A DNA stretch of 64,000 nt from the NCBI GenBank assembly GCA_963772365.1, contig CAVYXA010000001.1:256001-320000 (forward strand), given 5' to 3'. The notes under the pieces are model-generated. The model did no database searches and was not told the origin of the DNA. It saw only the letters and a program-made list of their open reading frames with translations. A program made the position numbers and the translations under genes. This stretch comes from an uncultured Verrucomicrobiae bacterium (GTDB taxonomy: Bacteria; Verrucomicrobiota; Verrucomicrobiia; Chthoniobacterales; UBA10450). This document shows positions 51,405 to 61,954 of the stretch, one piece after another. Every line of letters starts with the position of its first letter. The stretch's first letter is position 1.

Positions 51405-52387
51405 TTCGATACTGAACCGACCAGCTCGCAGAATTTTCCGATGTCGATGTTACCACCCGAGATTATGGCCACGATCGGACCTTTGCCTGCTTTGCCACTT
51501 AAAGCTGCCGCGAGCGCCAGCGCGCCTGCGCCTTCTGAGATCACTCGCGCTTTTTCCGCCAGCAACCGCATCGCTTTCTTTGTCTCTTCCAAAGTGACGA
51601 CAATATAATCGTCCACCACCGGCTGCATCCGTTCCCACATTCGAGGAAACATGCTCTGGCCGCCGGCGCCATCGACAAACGATGCCTTCCAATTCTTGAA
51701 AACCTGCGGCGAACCCATCTCGAACGAAAGCGCAGCGGGCGCAGCCGTCTCCGGTTCAACGCCGAAAATTTTCACGTTCGGTTTGAGGGCTTTAATTGCG
51801 CTCCCCACACCGGTGATCAGCCCGCCACCACCGATCCCCGCGATGACCGCTGCCGTGTCCGGCGCATCATCCAGAATCTCGATCCCCATCGTGCCGTGGC
51901 CGGCGATGAAATTGTGATCGTCGAAGGGATGAACAAATGTTCCTTCCACTCCGGGAAACGCGCGTGCTTCCAGCGCGTTCCAGGCGGCATCGTAGGAAAC
52001 TAGAACTAACTTCGTGCCGAGCGCGCGCATCCTGTCGACCTTCGATTGCGGCGCGGTCTCGATGGCAACGACCGTGCACGGAATACCAGCTTGCCTCGCC
52101 GCGTAGGCAACACCCTGGCCGGCATTTCCGGCGCTGATTGTCCAAACGCCGCGCTTCCGCTCCGAATCAGAAAGCATCGCCACGGCATTGGCCGCGCCGC
52201 GCAGTTTGTAAGCATTGATTGGCTGCAGATTTTCGAGCTTGAGCCGAATATCCGGGAAGTCCGCGCCCAGCTCCAAGCGCACCAATGGTGTGCGCACAAT
52301 CGTTTCGCCAATTCGCTCTTGCGCCTCCTGGATTTCGCGCAGGCCGATTGGACGAACAGATTCAAGATTCATGGAATCAATGGTCAT
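51401..52387 (-). CDS. PLP-dependent threonine/serine dehydratase-family protein
   Basis: KLENLQ...YKLRGA, SAGN, GGGGL and SGGN. Confidence 0.9.
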   Translation of the reverse strand: MTIDSMNLESVRPIGLREIQEAQERIGETIVRTPLVRLELGADFPDIRLKLENLQPINAYKLRGAANAVAMLSDSERKRGVWTISAGNAGQGVAYAARQAGIPCTVVAIETAPQSKVDRMRALGTKLVLVSYDAAWNALEARAFPGVEGTFVHPFDDHNFIAGHGTMGIEILDDAPDTAAVIAGIGGGGLITGVGSAIKALKPNVKIFGVEPETAAPAALSFEMGSPQVFKNWKASFVDGAGGQSMFPRMWERMQPVVDDYIVVTLEETKKAMRLLAEKARVISEGAGALALAAALSGKAGKGPIVAIISGGNIDIGKFCELVGSVSN

Positions 52388-53107
52388 TTATCGATTCAGA
52401 TTTAATTGGGCGAGAATTTCAGGATCGCGCACATCGGCCCATTCGCCAGTCAGCTCAATGACTTGAATTTTTTTCCCGGATTTGGCCAGATCGCGAATCG
52501 CATCGGTCAATTCATACTCGCCGCGAGGCGACGGTTTCAGTTTTGCGGTGAACTCGAAAATGCTGGCTCGAAATGCATACAGGCCCGCGTTATACCACGG
52601 GCTGGTTGCCTCGCCGGGTTTAGACTTTTCGCGAAGATCGACAAGTTCCATATTATCGTTCACGAACACTGCGCCACCTTTACTGACATCTTCATCCCGC
52701 CGCACAGTGACGATCGCCTCGACCTCATCCGGAAGATCGACAACTTTCTTGTAATTGGCGGGATCGGCCAGGATATCGCCGTAAGCGAGAACAAACGCGG
52801 AATCGCCGGCGAAATTGCGCGCAAGATCCACCACGCGGCCGGTGCCGTCTTGAACGATCTGGGTCGCGTATTGGATGTCGATGTTGTAGCGAGAGCCGTC
52901 GCCAAAAAAATTCTGAACGGCATCGGCCCGATAACCGACGACGATGAGGAAGCGTTGGATTCCGGCATCGCGCAAGCCTTCAACGAGGGATTGCAAAACA
53001 GGTTTCCCGCGGACCTCGATCATCGGTTTCGGTAACTCGTTCGTGAGCTCGCGCATTCGGGTCCCACGCCCGGCTGCGAGCAAAACTGCCTGATCGATTC
53101 TGCTCAC
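52388..53107 (-). CDS. Sugar-phosphate nucleotidyltransferase
   Basis: LAAGRGTRM, PKP and RGEYELTD. Confidence 0.9.
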   Translation of the reverse strand: MSRIDQAVLLAAGRGTRMRELTNELPKPMIEVRGKPVLQSLVEGLRDAGIQRFLIVVGYRADAVQNFFGDGSRYNIDIQYATQIVQDGTGRVVDLARNFAGDSAFVLAYGDILADPANYKKVVDLPDEVEAIVTVRRDEDVSKGGAVFVNDNMELVDLREKSKPGEATSPWYNAGLYAFRASIFEFTAKLKPSPRGEYELTDAIRDLAKSGKKIQVIELTGEWADVRDPEILAQLNLNR

Positions 53108-53150
53108 GAAATCAACGTCACCCTCGTGCCACTGATGCGATCTCCCAGCT

Positions 53151-53320
53151 TGTCATTCTGAGCGAAGCGAAGAATGGAGCGAATGGGATGAGCGACATGG
53201 GCTGTAAGGCCGCAAGGGTAGCGGCGAGTAAGTCGGGAGACGAACGAGTTCAATCTCCGATCATTCCGCTGGAATGTGCAAAAGAATAGCTTGAGATGTT
53301 TCGCTTCGCTCAACATGACA
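53151..53320. repeat. Palindromic REP/MITE-like element, TGTCAT-CTGAGCGAAGCGAAG family, copy 2
   Basis: tgtcattctgagcgaagcgaagaat ... agatgtttcgcttcgctcaacatgaca. Confidence 0.8.
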
Positions 53321-53328
53321 GTAAGGCA

Positions 53329-56300
53329 TCAACTTTTGCTTTCCGTAATGATGATCGCCGGCAGGTCCGCTTGTTTGATGAGATTACTCACCTTTGGAAC
53401 TTCCTGCGATTTGATCTGAGCCCAGTTTTTCAACTGCTCCTCTAATTTGCCACTGAGTAATTTGAAAACCTCCAACTGCTGCCTGGTTGGTTCGTTGTCG
53501 CCGGCTTCGATGAAATGACTAAAGCTGTCGAATCGCTCGTTCAGCATATTGGGAAACGCGAGGTTCGCTTCCGATCCCTTCATGTTTACCTGAATCAGTT
53601 GTTCTTCGACTGGAGACATCTTTTTATCGAGTTCATCCGCTGCGGCGAGCGCCGGTTTCACTCGTGCTTCTTCATTATACCGTTGATGGAGAGATTTGAT
53701 CTGGGATCTCACTGCGCGAATTTCGTTAACGGCCTGATGAAGTTGAGAAATCCGATTCTTTACCTGCATCGACAATGCAAACTGCTTTTGCAATGCCGGC
53801 TCGGCGTCCGGCAGCTGCCGGGTGCGCGGGTCGATCGCCAGATGCAGCGGCACCGTCTGAGATTTACCGGCGGCCGTTAACTTCACCTGGTAATCGCCTG
53901 GCAGGGCGAGCGGCCCTTTCGGTCCGTTCCCAGAATAGAACGCGCCCGGTATCTGGATCGGATCATCATAACGCAAATCCCACGCGAAACGATTCATGCC
54001 GTCATGCGCCGGAATGGTCTTGGCGTGCTCGACTCGATCTGGCCATTCCGGCGGTTGCTCGCCTTCTTGTTTCTCCTTGTTCGACAAATGTCGGACGAGT
54101 TTCCCGCCGGCATCCAGGATGTCGATGGTAACTTCATCGTTCGGCGCAGTTTTGAAATAATAATCGATGATCGCGCCGGGCGGTGGGTTATCGCCGACCG
54201 GGCGGCGTTTATCGAACTCTTCGGGGTAATGCAATCGCAGCGCAGTTTGCGGTTCGTAAAGCAGCACATCGGCCTTCGCCTTTTCCGAATTAATCTGGCG
54301 CAGCGGCGTAACATCGTCGAGGACCCAGAAAGAACGTCCGTGCGTGGCCACTACAAGATCATCGTCCTTAACGACCAAATCGTGAATCGGCGTGATTGGG
54401 AGATTCAACTCCAACGGTTGCCAATGTGCGCCATCGTCAAACGAAACAAACACGCCGAGCTCCGTGCCCGCGAAAAGCAAGCCGCGTCGCCTTGGATCCT
54501 CGCGAACAGCATGAACATAAGCGCCGTCCGGAATTCCGTTCATGATCGCCTTCCAAGTTTTTCCCAGATCAGCCGTCTTAAAGATGTAGGGCTTGAAATC
54601 ATCGAGCTTATGTCGATCCACTGCGATGTAGGCGGTGCTGCCATCATGCGGTGAAGCATCGATAAGATCGACAGTGCTCCATTCCGGCATTTTCGGCGTC
54701 ACGTTCGACCAGTGCTGTCCATCGTCTGTGCTCAACTGGACCAAGCCATCGTCCGTTCCGGCCCAAAGAATTCCCGTTTTCACGGGCGATTCGGCCAAGG
54801 CGAAAATGGTGTCGTAATATTCGACCGAAGTGATGTCGTTAGTGATCGGGCCGCCGCTGGGCTGCTGCTTGCTCTTATCATTGCGAGTGAGATCGCCGCT
54901 GATCTGCGCCCAGCTTTGGCCGTGATCGGTCGATTTGAAGACGCACTCGCCTGCGGTGTAAAGCACATCGGGATTATGCGGTGAGAGCATGAGCGGCGAG
55001 ACCCACTGAAATCGATGGACCAGATCGGCGGCGCCGTGCCCGGAATTGTCGAGGGGCCACGGACTGATGTCGTGCACTTCCTCTTTGCTCTTGTCGTAAC
55101 GAACGGCGAAACCTTCGCTGTTTGAATAGATGATGTGCCAGTCGCGCGGATCGGGCACGACAAAGCCGCATTCGCCATCGCCCGCTTGAAACCAGTTCTC
55201 GCGGCCGATCACACCGGAATCAGTCCGACTGGCGATGCCGACGTTCGAGTTATCCTGTTGCGCACCGTAAATGTGATACGGAAACGCGTTATCAACGGCG
55301 ACGTGATAAAATTGCGCGGTAGGCTGATTATTCTGGAGCGTCCAATTCTTTCCGCCGTCGGTCGAAATGCTCGCGCCGCCATCGCTGACGTTCGCAATCC
55401 GCTCCGGATCGTTCGGATCGATCCAGAGGCCATGATGGTCGCCATGTCGCGCGGGCAGCAGAGTGAAATTTTTCCCGCCATCAACCGATCGGAACAAACC
55501 AGTGTTCAAGAGATATACCGTGTCTGCCGACTTCGGATCGGCGTAAACTTTGCTGAAATACCAAGCGCGCTGCCGGAATCGACCATCCTCGTTCACGCGC
55601 GTCCATTTCTGGCCCGCATCGTCCGATCGAAACAGGCCGCCTTCTTTGGCTTCGATAATCGCATAAACGCGGTTTGAATCCGCGCCCGAAACGGCCACAC
55701 CGATGCGCCCAAGAATTCCATCCGGAAGACCATTGCCTTCGAGACGTTTCCAAGTCACGCCGTTATCATCGGAGCGGTAAAGACCGCTGCCCGGACCGCC
55801 GCTGGAGAAGAACCAGGGTTGCCGTCTTGTCTGCCAAAGCGCAGCGAACACAATGTTCGAATTGTGTGGATCGAACACAACATCGATACCGCCGGTGTTT
55901 TCGTCTTTGAACAGAACGTTAGTCCAGGTTTTGCCACCGTCGCCGGTGCGAAAAATTCCGCGCTCTTTATTTGGCCCAAAGGCATGTCCTAACGCCGCCA
56001 CCAGCGCGACGTCGGCATTGTGAGGATCGACAATTAACGCGCCGATCTGGTGAGTATCGCGAAGACCGACATTTTTCCAGGTCTTGCCGGCATCAATGGA
56101 TTTATAAACTCCAGTTCCGTAAGTGATATTGCCGCGGATTGCCGCTTCGCCCGTTCCAACATAAATCACGTTGTGATCCGATGGCGCCACGGCGATCGCG
56201 CCAATCGAAGAGATGTCTTCCTTATCAAAGAGCGGTTGCCACGTCGCGCCGCCATCGATTGTTTTCCAAACACCGCCTGCTACGGCACCGAAATAGTACG

Positions 56301-56568
56301 TGCCCGGGTCCCCCGGAACACCTTCGACCGCTAGCGCGCGTCCACCGCGAAACGGCCCGATCTGCCGCCATTGCATTCCGTTAAATAATTTTTCATCAAA
56401 AAGAGCGGCTGGCGCGGGTAATGGCTTCGCGGTTGACGTCGGGGTCGTTGCAGAGTGAGTGCCCGGACCGCCGCCCCGGATTGGAGTGGGTTTTGCCGCG
56501 AAACAAATCGACCCGGCGATAACGAAAACGGGGAGCAGAGTGATTCGACGAAATCTGGAGTTAAGCAT
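53329..56568 (-). CDS. Secreted BNR/Asp-box (VPS10/sortilin-like) glycosyl-hydrolase-type protein
   Basis: Signal peptide, GPFRGGR, many S.DGG.TW repeats and ATHGRSFW. Confidence 0.88.
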   Translation of the reverse strand: MLNSRFRRITLLPVFVIAGSICFAAKPTPIRGGGPGTHSATTPTSTAKPLPAPAALFDEKLFNGMQWRQIGPFRGGRALAVEGVPGDPGTYYFGAVAGGVWKTIDGGATWQPLFDKEDISSIGAIAVAPSDHNVIYVGTGEAAIRGNITYGTGVYKSIDAGKTWKNVGLRDTHQIGALIVDPHNADVALVAALGHAFGPNKERGIFRTGDGGKTWTNVLFKDENTGGIDVVFDPHNSNIVFAALWQTRRQPWFFSSGGPGSGLYRSDDNGVTWKRLEGNGLPDGILGRIGVAVSGADSNRVYAIIEAKEGGLFRSDDAGQKWTRVNEDGRFRQRAWYFSKVYADPKSADTVYLLNTGLFRSVDGGKNFTLLPARHGDHHGLWIDPNDPERIANVSDGGASISTDGGKNWTLQNNQPTAQFYHVAVDNAFPYHIYGAQQDNSNVGIASRTDSGVIGRENWFQAGDGECGFVVPDPRDWHIIYSNSEGFAVRYDKSKEEVHDISPWPLDNSGHGAADLVHRFQWVSPLMLSPHNPDVLYTAGECVFKSTDHGQSWAQISGDLTRNDKSKQQPSGGPITNDITSVEYYDTIFALAESPVKTGILWAGTDDGLVQLSTDDGQHWSNVTPKMPEWSTVDLIDASPHDGSTAYIAVDRHKLDDFKPYIFKTADLGKTWKAIMNGIPDGAYVHAVREDPRRRGLLFAGTELGVFVSFDDGAHWQPLELNLPITPIHDLVVKDDDLVVATHGRSFWVLDDVTPLRQINSEKAKADVLLYEPQTALRLHYPEEFDKRRPVGDNPPPGAIIDYYFKTAPNDEVTIDILDAGGKLVRHLSNKEKQEGEQPPEWPDRVEHAKTIPAHDGMNRFAWDLRYDDPIQIPGAFYSGNGPKGPLALPGDYQVKLTAAGKSQTVPLHLAIDPRTRQLPDAEPALQKQFALSMQVKNRISQLHQAVNEIRAVRSQIKSLHQRYNEEARVKPALAAADELDKKMSPVEEQLIQVNMKGSEANLAFPNMLNERFDSFSHFIEAGDNEPTRQQLEVFKLLSGKLEEQLKNWAQIKSQEVPKVSNLIKQADLPAIIITESKS

Positions 56569-56656
56569 TCGCTAAGGTGAAAGGCTTACGCCGCCATTCA
56601 ACTGTAATCTAGCAGGTAACCTTTTTGCTGGGGCGCGACCGCCGGGCGCGCCTCCA

Positions 56657-59002
56657 TCAGGTCCGGGGCGCGAGCGGATTTGCGGCTGCGGTCTGTTGAG
56701 TTATCTCTCGCCGCAATGCCGTTGCGCCACCGCCGCGCAGACGCGTCCACCAAAGCACGATGGGCGAGGCGATGAAGATCGACGAATAGGTTCCCACGAT
56801 CACGCCGATGATAATGGCTAGCGCGAAATCACGCAGAACTGCGCCGCCGAGGAAAAACAGACACAAGATTGGAATCAGAGTGGAACCGCTAGTCAGGATC
56901 GTCCGGCTCAGCGTCTGATTCACGCTATCGTTCATGATTTGCTCGATGGATCCTTTCCGTCCGCTGGCCAAACCTTCTCGGATTCGATCGTAGACGACGA
57001 TTGTGTCGTTGATCGAATAACCGGCGACAGTTAGTACCGCGCCGACGATGGGGAGACTCAATTCTCGTCCAAGAATCGCAAACATTCCGACTGTGATCAG
57101 GACATCATGAAGCAAGGCGACAATCGCTCCCACCGCGAACGAAAGCTCAAAACGAAATGTGACGTAAATTAAAATGCCAAAAATGCCGAGCCCGAGCGCA
57201 ATTAATGAAGTTCGAGCCAGCTCACCTCCAACTAACGCACCCACTCGTTCCGAGCCTTCAATCCGGAGATCGGCGCCCGGCATATTTTGGGTGAGTTGTT
57301 GTTCGACTTTATCGCTCGTGTTTAGCGCCGTACGCACGGTGATGTAACTTCGTGCTCCCTGCTGTGATTCCTGGATTAAAGCATCGGCAAACCCGATCGG
57401 GCGAAGTGTATTGCGGACCTGACCGATGTCGATCTTATGTGCGGCACTTAAAGTCACCAAATCGCCGCCCCGGAAGTCGACTCCGAAATTCTTCTCGCCT
57501 CGCGAGCAGAACACGACCGCGCACGCTATGATCAGGGCGAGCGAGCACATGCAGGCTAGAAAGCCTTTCCCCAGAAAGTTAATATTTTTGGCGGAGATCA
57601 AATGGAGCATCGAGATCCGTTTGAGTCGTCCGGCATCGACCAGCCAACCCAGAGCGTTCTTGCCCACAATCAAAGCCGTAAAGAGAGAAGCCAGAATGCC
57701 GAGGGTCAGTGTGATGGCGAAACCTTTGACGGGTCCGGTCGCTTTCCAAAACAGAATGGCGGCGGTGATTAGTGTAGTGACGTTGGCGTCGAAGATTGAG
57801 CTGAACGCTTTGTTGTAAGCGGCAGGCATTGCCGCCTTGAGCGATTTGCCGGAAGCCATTTCCTCACGAAGACGTTCGTAAATCAGGACGCTAGCGTCCA
57901 CTGCCATGCCGATGGTCAAAATGATTCCAGCGATTCCGGGCAAAGTAAGCACAAACCGAAACATGGTGAGCGCGCCTAACAGCAGGATCAGGTTGATGAT
58001 CAGCATCAGGTTCACCACCAGGCCGGCGAATTTGTAATAGACCAAGACGCAAAAGAGCGTGATGGCCAGGCCTATCAAACCGGCGATCACGCTTACCCGA
58101 ATCGAGTCCATACCCAGCGTGGGCGAAACGCTTCGCTCCTCTTCGATGCTCACCGGCGTTTGCAGCGGATTCTCCAAAACACTGGACAGCCCCCGCGCTT
58201 CTTGTTCAGTGAAATTTCCCGTAATCTGAGCGTCGCCGCCGTAGATTGCCGTGCGGATTACGGGCGCAGATTGAATGACTCCGTCGAGCACAATAGCGAA
58301 GCGATGACCGACGTTGGCTGCGGTAATGTCCCCAAATATTTTGGCGCCTTCGCTATCGAACTTCATGTTAACGGCCCAGCCTTCATTGCCGTAATAGGCG
58401 TGGGACTCGGAAACGTGATTGCCGGTCAGGTCTGCTTTTTTCTTTACCAGAAGACGTTCTTCCTTCGGCGGTTCGTTCTCTTCGGTATGAATCTTGTAAG
58501 TCTCAATGCGGTACTCGGGCGGAATAACCTGTTTGCCTTCGTCGATCTCTTTCAGTCGAGTGCCGTTATCGGGATACACCAGCCGAAATTCCAACTTGGC
58601 CACACGGGAAAGCTGTTCACGCGCTTCCTGAATTTGTGCCGGCTTGAGACCTGGTAACTGAACAAGGATCCGGTCAGCACCGACCGGGCTGATGATTGGT
58701 TCACCCGTACCGAAAAAATCGACGCGTTTGCGGATCACTTCGACCGCCTGATCGAGCATCGCTTTGGTCACTTCCTTGTCGCCTTTGACCAGGCGAATGA
58801 GAAAGGACGTGCCGCCCTTAATATCGAGACCGAGCGTGATCTTATCCTTTGGCGGCCAAATCGTGGCTACACTGAACGCGACCAGCAACACCATCAGCGC
58901 CAGCGCGAGAAGATGCTTCCGCAAGCCCATATCGGTGGCGAAATACCAGCCGAACAGAACGAGCATTCCCAGACCGATGAAAAATGTGACGAGAGGAGTC
59001 AT
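56657..59002 (-). CDS. secDF: Fused protein translocase SecDF
   Basis: LGLDIKGG, GMAVDA, DANVTT, GVDFRGG and GYSINDTIVVYDRIRE. Confidence 0.95.
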   Translation of the reverse strand: MTPLVTFFIGLGMLVLFGWYFATDMGLRKHLLALALMVLLVAFSVATIWPPKDKITLGLDIKGGTSFLIRLVKGDKEVTKAMLDQAVEVIRKRVDFFGTGEPIISPVGADRILVQLPGLKPAQIQEAREQLSRVAKLEFRLVYPDNGTRLKEIDEGKQVIPPEYRIETYKIHTEENEPPKEERLLVKKKADLTGNHVSESHAYYGNEGWAVNMKFDSEGAKIFGDITAANVGHRFAIVLDGVIQSAPVIRTAIYGGDAQITGNFTEQEARGLSSVLENPLQTPVSIEEERSVSPTLGMDSIRVSVIAGLIGLAITLFCVLVYYKFAGLVVNLMLIINLILLLGALTMFRFVLTLPGIAGIILTIGMAVDASVLIYERLREEMASGKSLKAAMPAAYNKAFSSIFDANVTTLITAAILFWKATGPVKGFAITLTLGILASLFTALIVGKNALGWLVDAGRLKRISMLHLISAKNINFLGKGFLACMCSLALIIACAVVFCSRGEKNFGVDFRGGDLVTLSAAHKIDIGQVRNTLRPIGFADALIQESQQGARSYITVRTALNTSDKVEQQLTQNMPGADLRIEGSERVGALVGGELARTSLIALGLGIFGILIYVTFRFELSFAVGAIVALLHDVLITVGMFAILGRELSLPIVGAVLTVAGYSINDTIVVYDRIREGLASGRKGSIEQIMNDSVNQTLSRTILTSGSTLIPILCLFFLGGAVLRDFALAIIIGVIVGTYSSIFIASPIVLWWTRLRGGGATALRREITQQTAAANPLAPRT

Positions 59003-59037
59003 CAGAAGTTCGAAGGTTGATGTCTGATGTTTGAGGT
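59003..59037. repeat. Degenerate heptamer array between yajC and secDF
   Basis: cagaagt tcgaagg ttgatgt ctgatgt ttgaggt. Confidence 0.55.
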
Positions 59038-59047
59038 TTTCATCCGA

Positions 59048-59368
59048 TCAACTCTCGGCCGTTTTCAAGACGTTCGTTACGGCGGATTTCTCAATCTCGA
59101 TCTTTACGTTATCAGCCACTTTCAGCAATACGGTCGTTTCCTTCACGTTAGAGATGAGGCCGTGAATCCCCGCACTCGTCACGACCCGATCACCTGTTTT
59201 TAAAGCTGAGACCAGTCGTTTCTGTTCGTCCTGCCGCTTCTTTTGCGGACGGATCATCACAAAATACATGATGACGAAGATGAAGATCAGCGGCACGAAA
59301 AAGCCGAACCCGCCGCCGGGGCTCGGCGCTGCGGGAGAAGCGGCTTGCGCTAGCATCAACGAAATCAT
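59048..59368 (-). CDS. yajC: Preprotein translocase subunit YajC
   Basis: YF.MIRPQKK and GDRVVTSAGIHG. Confidence 0.95.
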   Translation of the reverse strand: MISLMLAQAASPAAPSPGGGFGFFVPLIFIFVIMYFVMIRPQKKRQDEQKRLVSALKTGDRVVTSAGIHGLISNVKETTVLLKVADNVKIEIEKSAVTNVLKTAES

Positions 59369-59451
59369 GGGAACGAAGCGGAGCGCACCTTAAACGCGAA
59401 ACTGTTCGGCGCAATTAAGAATCGCGGTCGCTCTGAATTCAAACTGAAGCC

Positions 59452-59533
59452 GCCACAGATTTATACGGATGAAACACAGATGGTCCTTAGAGTCATTCTT
59501 GCACATCCGTGAAAATCCGTGTTCATCTGTGGC
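59452..59533. repeat. Inverted arrays of ~10-bp units (ACaGAT/ACgGAT) abutting the tgt stop
   Basis: gccacagat ttatacggat gaaacacagat ... atccgtgaaa atccgtgttc atctgtggc. Confidence 0.75.
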
Positions 59534-60678
59534 TAAATGTTTTCCGCAAGATCGACATCGCGGGTTCTGTAATTGGAAACGAATGTCCGGCGAAATTCGT
59601 TGAAGGTGCCATTGTCGATGTTGTCTCGCGCCTGTCGCATCAGATCTAAATAGAAATGTAAGTTATGCAGCGTAATTAAACGAAGACCGAGAATCTCTTC
59701 GGCCTTGATCAAATGGCGGATGTAGCCGCGCGAAAATTCGCGACAGCCATAGCAGGCGCAGTTTTCTTCAATCGGTTTCTTGTCCATTGCGAACTCGGCG
59801 TTTTTCAAATTCATTGTCCCTGTAGATGTGAAGGCCGTTCCGTTGCGCGCGAGTCGCGTCGGCAGAACGCAATCAAACATGTCGATCCCGCGGGCAATCA
59901 TCTCCAGCATTTGCGGCGGCGTGCCCAGCCCCATTGCGTAACGCGGCTTTTCCCTTGGCAAAAACGGTTCGCTCGATTCCACGGCTCGCATCATTTCTTC
60001 CTCCGGCTCGCCCACGCTCACTCCGCCAATGGCATAGCCATCAAAACCAAGATCGACAATCGCCTGCGCGGATTGCTTGCGCAGATCGTCGAATGTGGCG
60101 CCTTGGACGATGCCGAAGATTAACTGCTTTCTAGCAGATTCGGCGTTCGGCGTTCCGCGTTCCGCGTTTTCCTTGCATCTCTTCGCCCAGCGCGTGGTCA
60201 TTTCTGTACTGCGCGTTGCATAATCGCGCTCGCACGGATAAGGCGCGCATTCATCCAGCACCATGGCGATATCGCTTCCAAGCGTCACCTGAATGTCCAT
60301 CGCAATTTCCGGCGAAATAAACGCCGGCGTACCATCGACATGATTCTGAAAATGCGCGCCTTCCTCTGTGATCTTCCGCAGCTTCGCCAACGAAAAGATC
60401 TGGTAGCCGCCGCTGTCGGTCAGAATCGGCCCATCCCAACTCATGAACTTGTGCAGCCCCCCAAAGTGCTGGATCACATCAAGCCCCGGTCGAACGAAGA
60501 GATGATAAGTATTACCGAGAATGATCTGCGCGTTCAGCTCGCGCAGTTCGCGCGGCGTCACGGCCTTGACTGTCCCCTGCGTTCCCACCGGCATGAAAGC
60601 CGGCGTCTCGATCACGCCATGCCCGGTCGTTAACTCTCCGTGGCGTGCTTTTGAATCTTGGCTCAGTAGTTGGAACAC
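59533..60678 (-). CDS. tgt: tRNA-guanine transglycosylase
   Basis: FMPVGT, NTYHL, TDSGG, DCVLPTR and C.C..C zinc site. Confidence 0.96.
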   Translation of the reverse strand: MFQLLSQDSKARHGELTTGHGVIETPAFMPVGTQGTVKAVTPRELRELNAQIILGNTYHLFVRPGLDVIQHFGGLHKFMSWDGPILTDSGGYQIFSLAKLRKITEEGAHFQNHVDGTPAFISPEIAMDIQVTLGSDIAMVLDECAPYPCERDYATRSTEMTTRWAKRCKENAERGTPNAESARKQLIFGIVQGATFDDLRKQSAQAIVDLGFDGYAIGGVSVGEPEEEMMRAVESSEPFLPREKPRYAMGLGTPPQMLEMIARGIDMFDCVLPTRLARNGTAFTSTGTMNLKNAEFAMDKKPIEENCACYGCREFSRGYIRHLIKAEEILGLRLITLHNLHFYLDLMRQARDNIDNGTFNEFRRTFVSNYRTRDVDLAENI

Positions 60679-60792
60679 GGCTCACCGTGAGCGGGAGGGC
60701 CGTTTATAGCAAATCCGCTCAGCGAATGAGGCGAAAAGAATTCGTTTGCCGGGCTGGCGTTCTTTTTAGTAACAAGGTGGGAACTCCACGAA

Positions 60793-61587
60793 ATGCCGAA
60801 ACGGAAGACAAACAAAGCGAAGAAGAAAAAATCTAAGACGAAGGTCGTCTCGAAGTCGCATTCGATTTTGAAAAAGGCCCGGCGTTCGGCCGCCAAAGCA
60901 CCGCCTTTGGCTGAGGGCCGCGTCCTCTTGGATGGGACAGTTGTCGGCACTGGATTTGTGCAGGAATCCGATCCGCGCGATGACGATTTTCCGCTCGGCG
61001 CAGTGGTCGGGGCCGTAAATGATCCTCGATCGAAGGAAAAGGTGTGGCAATTGCCGGCGCATTTGCTTAATCAAGGCAGCACAAACTCCTGCGTTGGCCA
61101 TTCCTGTACGCATTTTATTATGGCGGCGCCGATCATGAGTCACTCTGTCGATGCAATTGCGATCTGGCGGCGGGCTCAAGAGATCGACGAGTTTCCGGGC
61201 AATGAAGGAACCAACAGCGGGACGAGTGTGCGCGCCGGATTTAAGGTATTGCAGGAGAAAAATCTAATTACGGCCGATTATCGATGGGCTGCGGATGCCG
61301 ACGAAACATTGCGATTCATTCTGACCCGCGGTCCGGTTGTCGCCGGAACGAAGTGGTATCCCGGGATGAGTCAACCAGTAAACGGAACCATGCGGCTCAG
61401 CGGTAACGCTGGTTCGATGGGACACGCTTATCTTCTATTTGGATTTAGCCCCGATCATGACGCGTTTCTGATGGCCAATTCGTGGGGAGGGAGCTGGGGA
61501 ATTGATGGCTGCGCTTTTCTACCATACGACGCGCTGAATCAACTGATGCAACAGGGAGGAGTGGTATGTTCGGCTATCGAAGATTAA
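60793..61587 (+). CDS. Papain-like (C1) cysteine peptidase with basic N-terminal tail
   Basis: NQG.TNSCVG, GHA and NSWG.SWG. Confidence 0.8.
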   Translation: MPKRKTNKAKKKKSKTKVVSKSHSILKKARRSAAKAPPLAEGRVLLDGTVVGTGFVQESDPRDDDFPLGAVVGAVNDPRSKEKVWQLPAHLLNQGSTNSCVGHSCTHFIMAAPIMSHSVDAIAIWRRAQEIDEFPGNEGTNSGTSVRAGFKVLQEKNLITADYRWAADADETLRFILTRGPVVAGTKWYPGMSQPVNGTMRLSGNAGSMGHAYLLFGFSPDHDAFLMANSWGGSWGIDGCAFLPYDALNQLMQQGGVVCSAIED

Positions 61588-61847
61588 TCGCCGTCTGGTT
61601 CATTTGCTTTGCGGCGTTGACCGCATGCGTGTCGACTACCCCGGGCCCGGGTCCCATCCAGCCGACACCCGCGCCAGCGCACGGATTTCACATCACGCTT
61701 TATGACGTGAACGGAAACGTCGCGCATCGATATGATGTTAACTCGAATGACATCGTCCGAGACGATCCAATTCATCAAAACCTGTGGTTTCGAGTAAATG
61801 GACAGGAACAACACTTTCATGGCTCTTATCAAAAAGAGCCTTTTTAA
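61566..61847 (+). CDS. Small lipoprotein
   Basis: Lipobox LTAC and Pro-rich linker. Confidence 0.65.
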   Translation: MFGYRRLIAVWFICFAALTACVSTTPGPGPIQPTPAPAHGFHITLYDVNGNVAHRYDVNSNDIVRDDPIHQNLWFRVNGQEQHFHGSYQKEPF

Positions 61848-61954
61848 CGATTAGGGCGCTCGCAGCTCTTCGGTTCGTTGATCTTGGAATTAGCGGCGAT
61901 GCGGATTCAGTTTTGCACAGACTGCGGCATGGGGTTACATGATCGTTCTATTCA

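Noticed and set aside
53515..56384. Long antisense and alternate-frame ORFs here and throughout the ORF track
   Set aside because: They are shadows of well-supported genes in GC-rich DNA and have no independent motifs.
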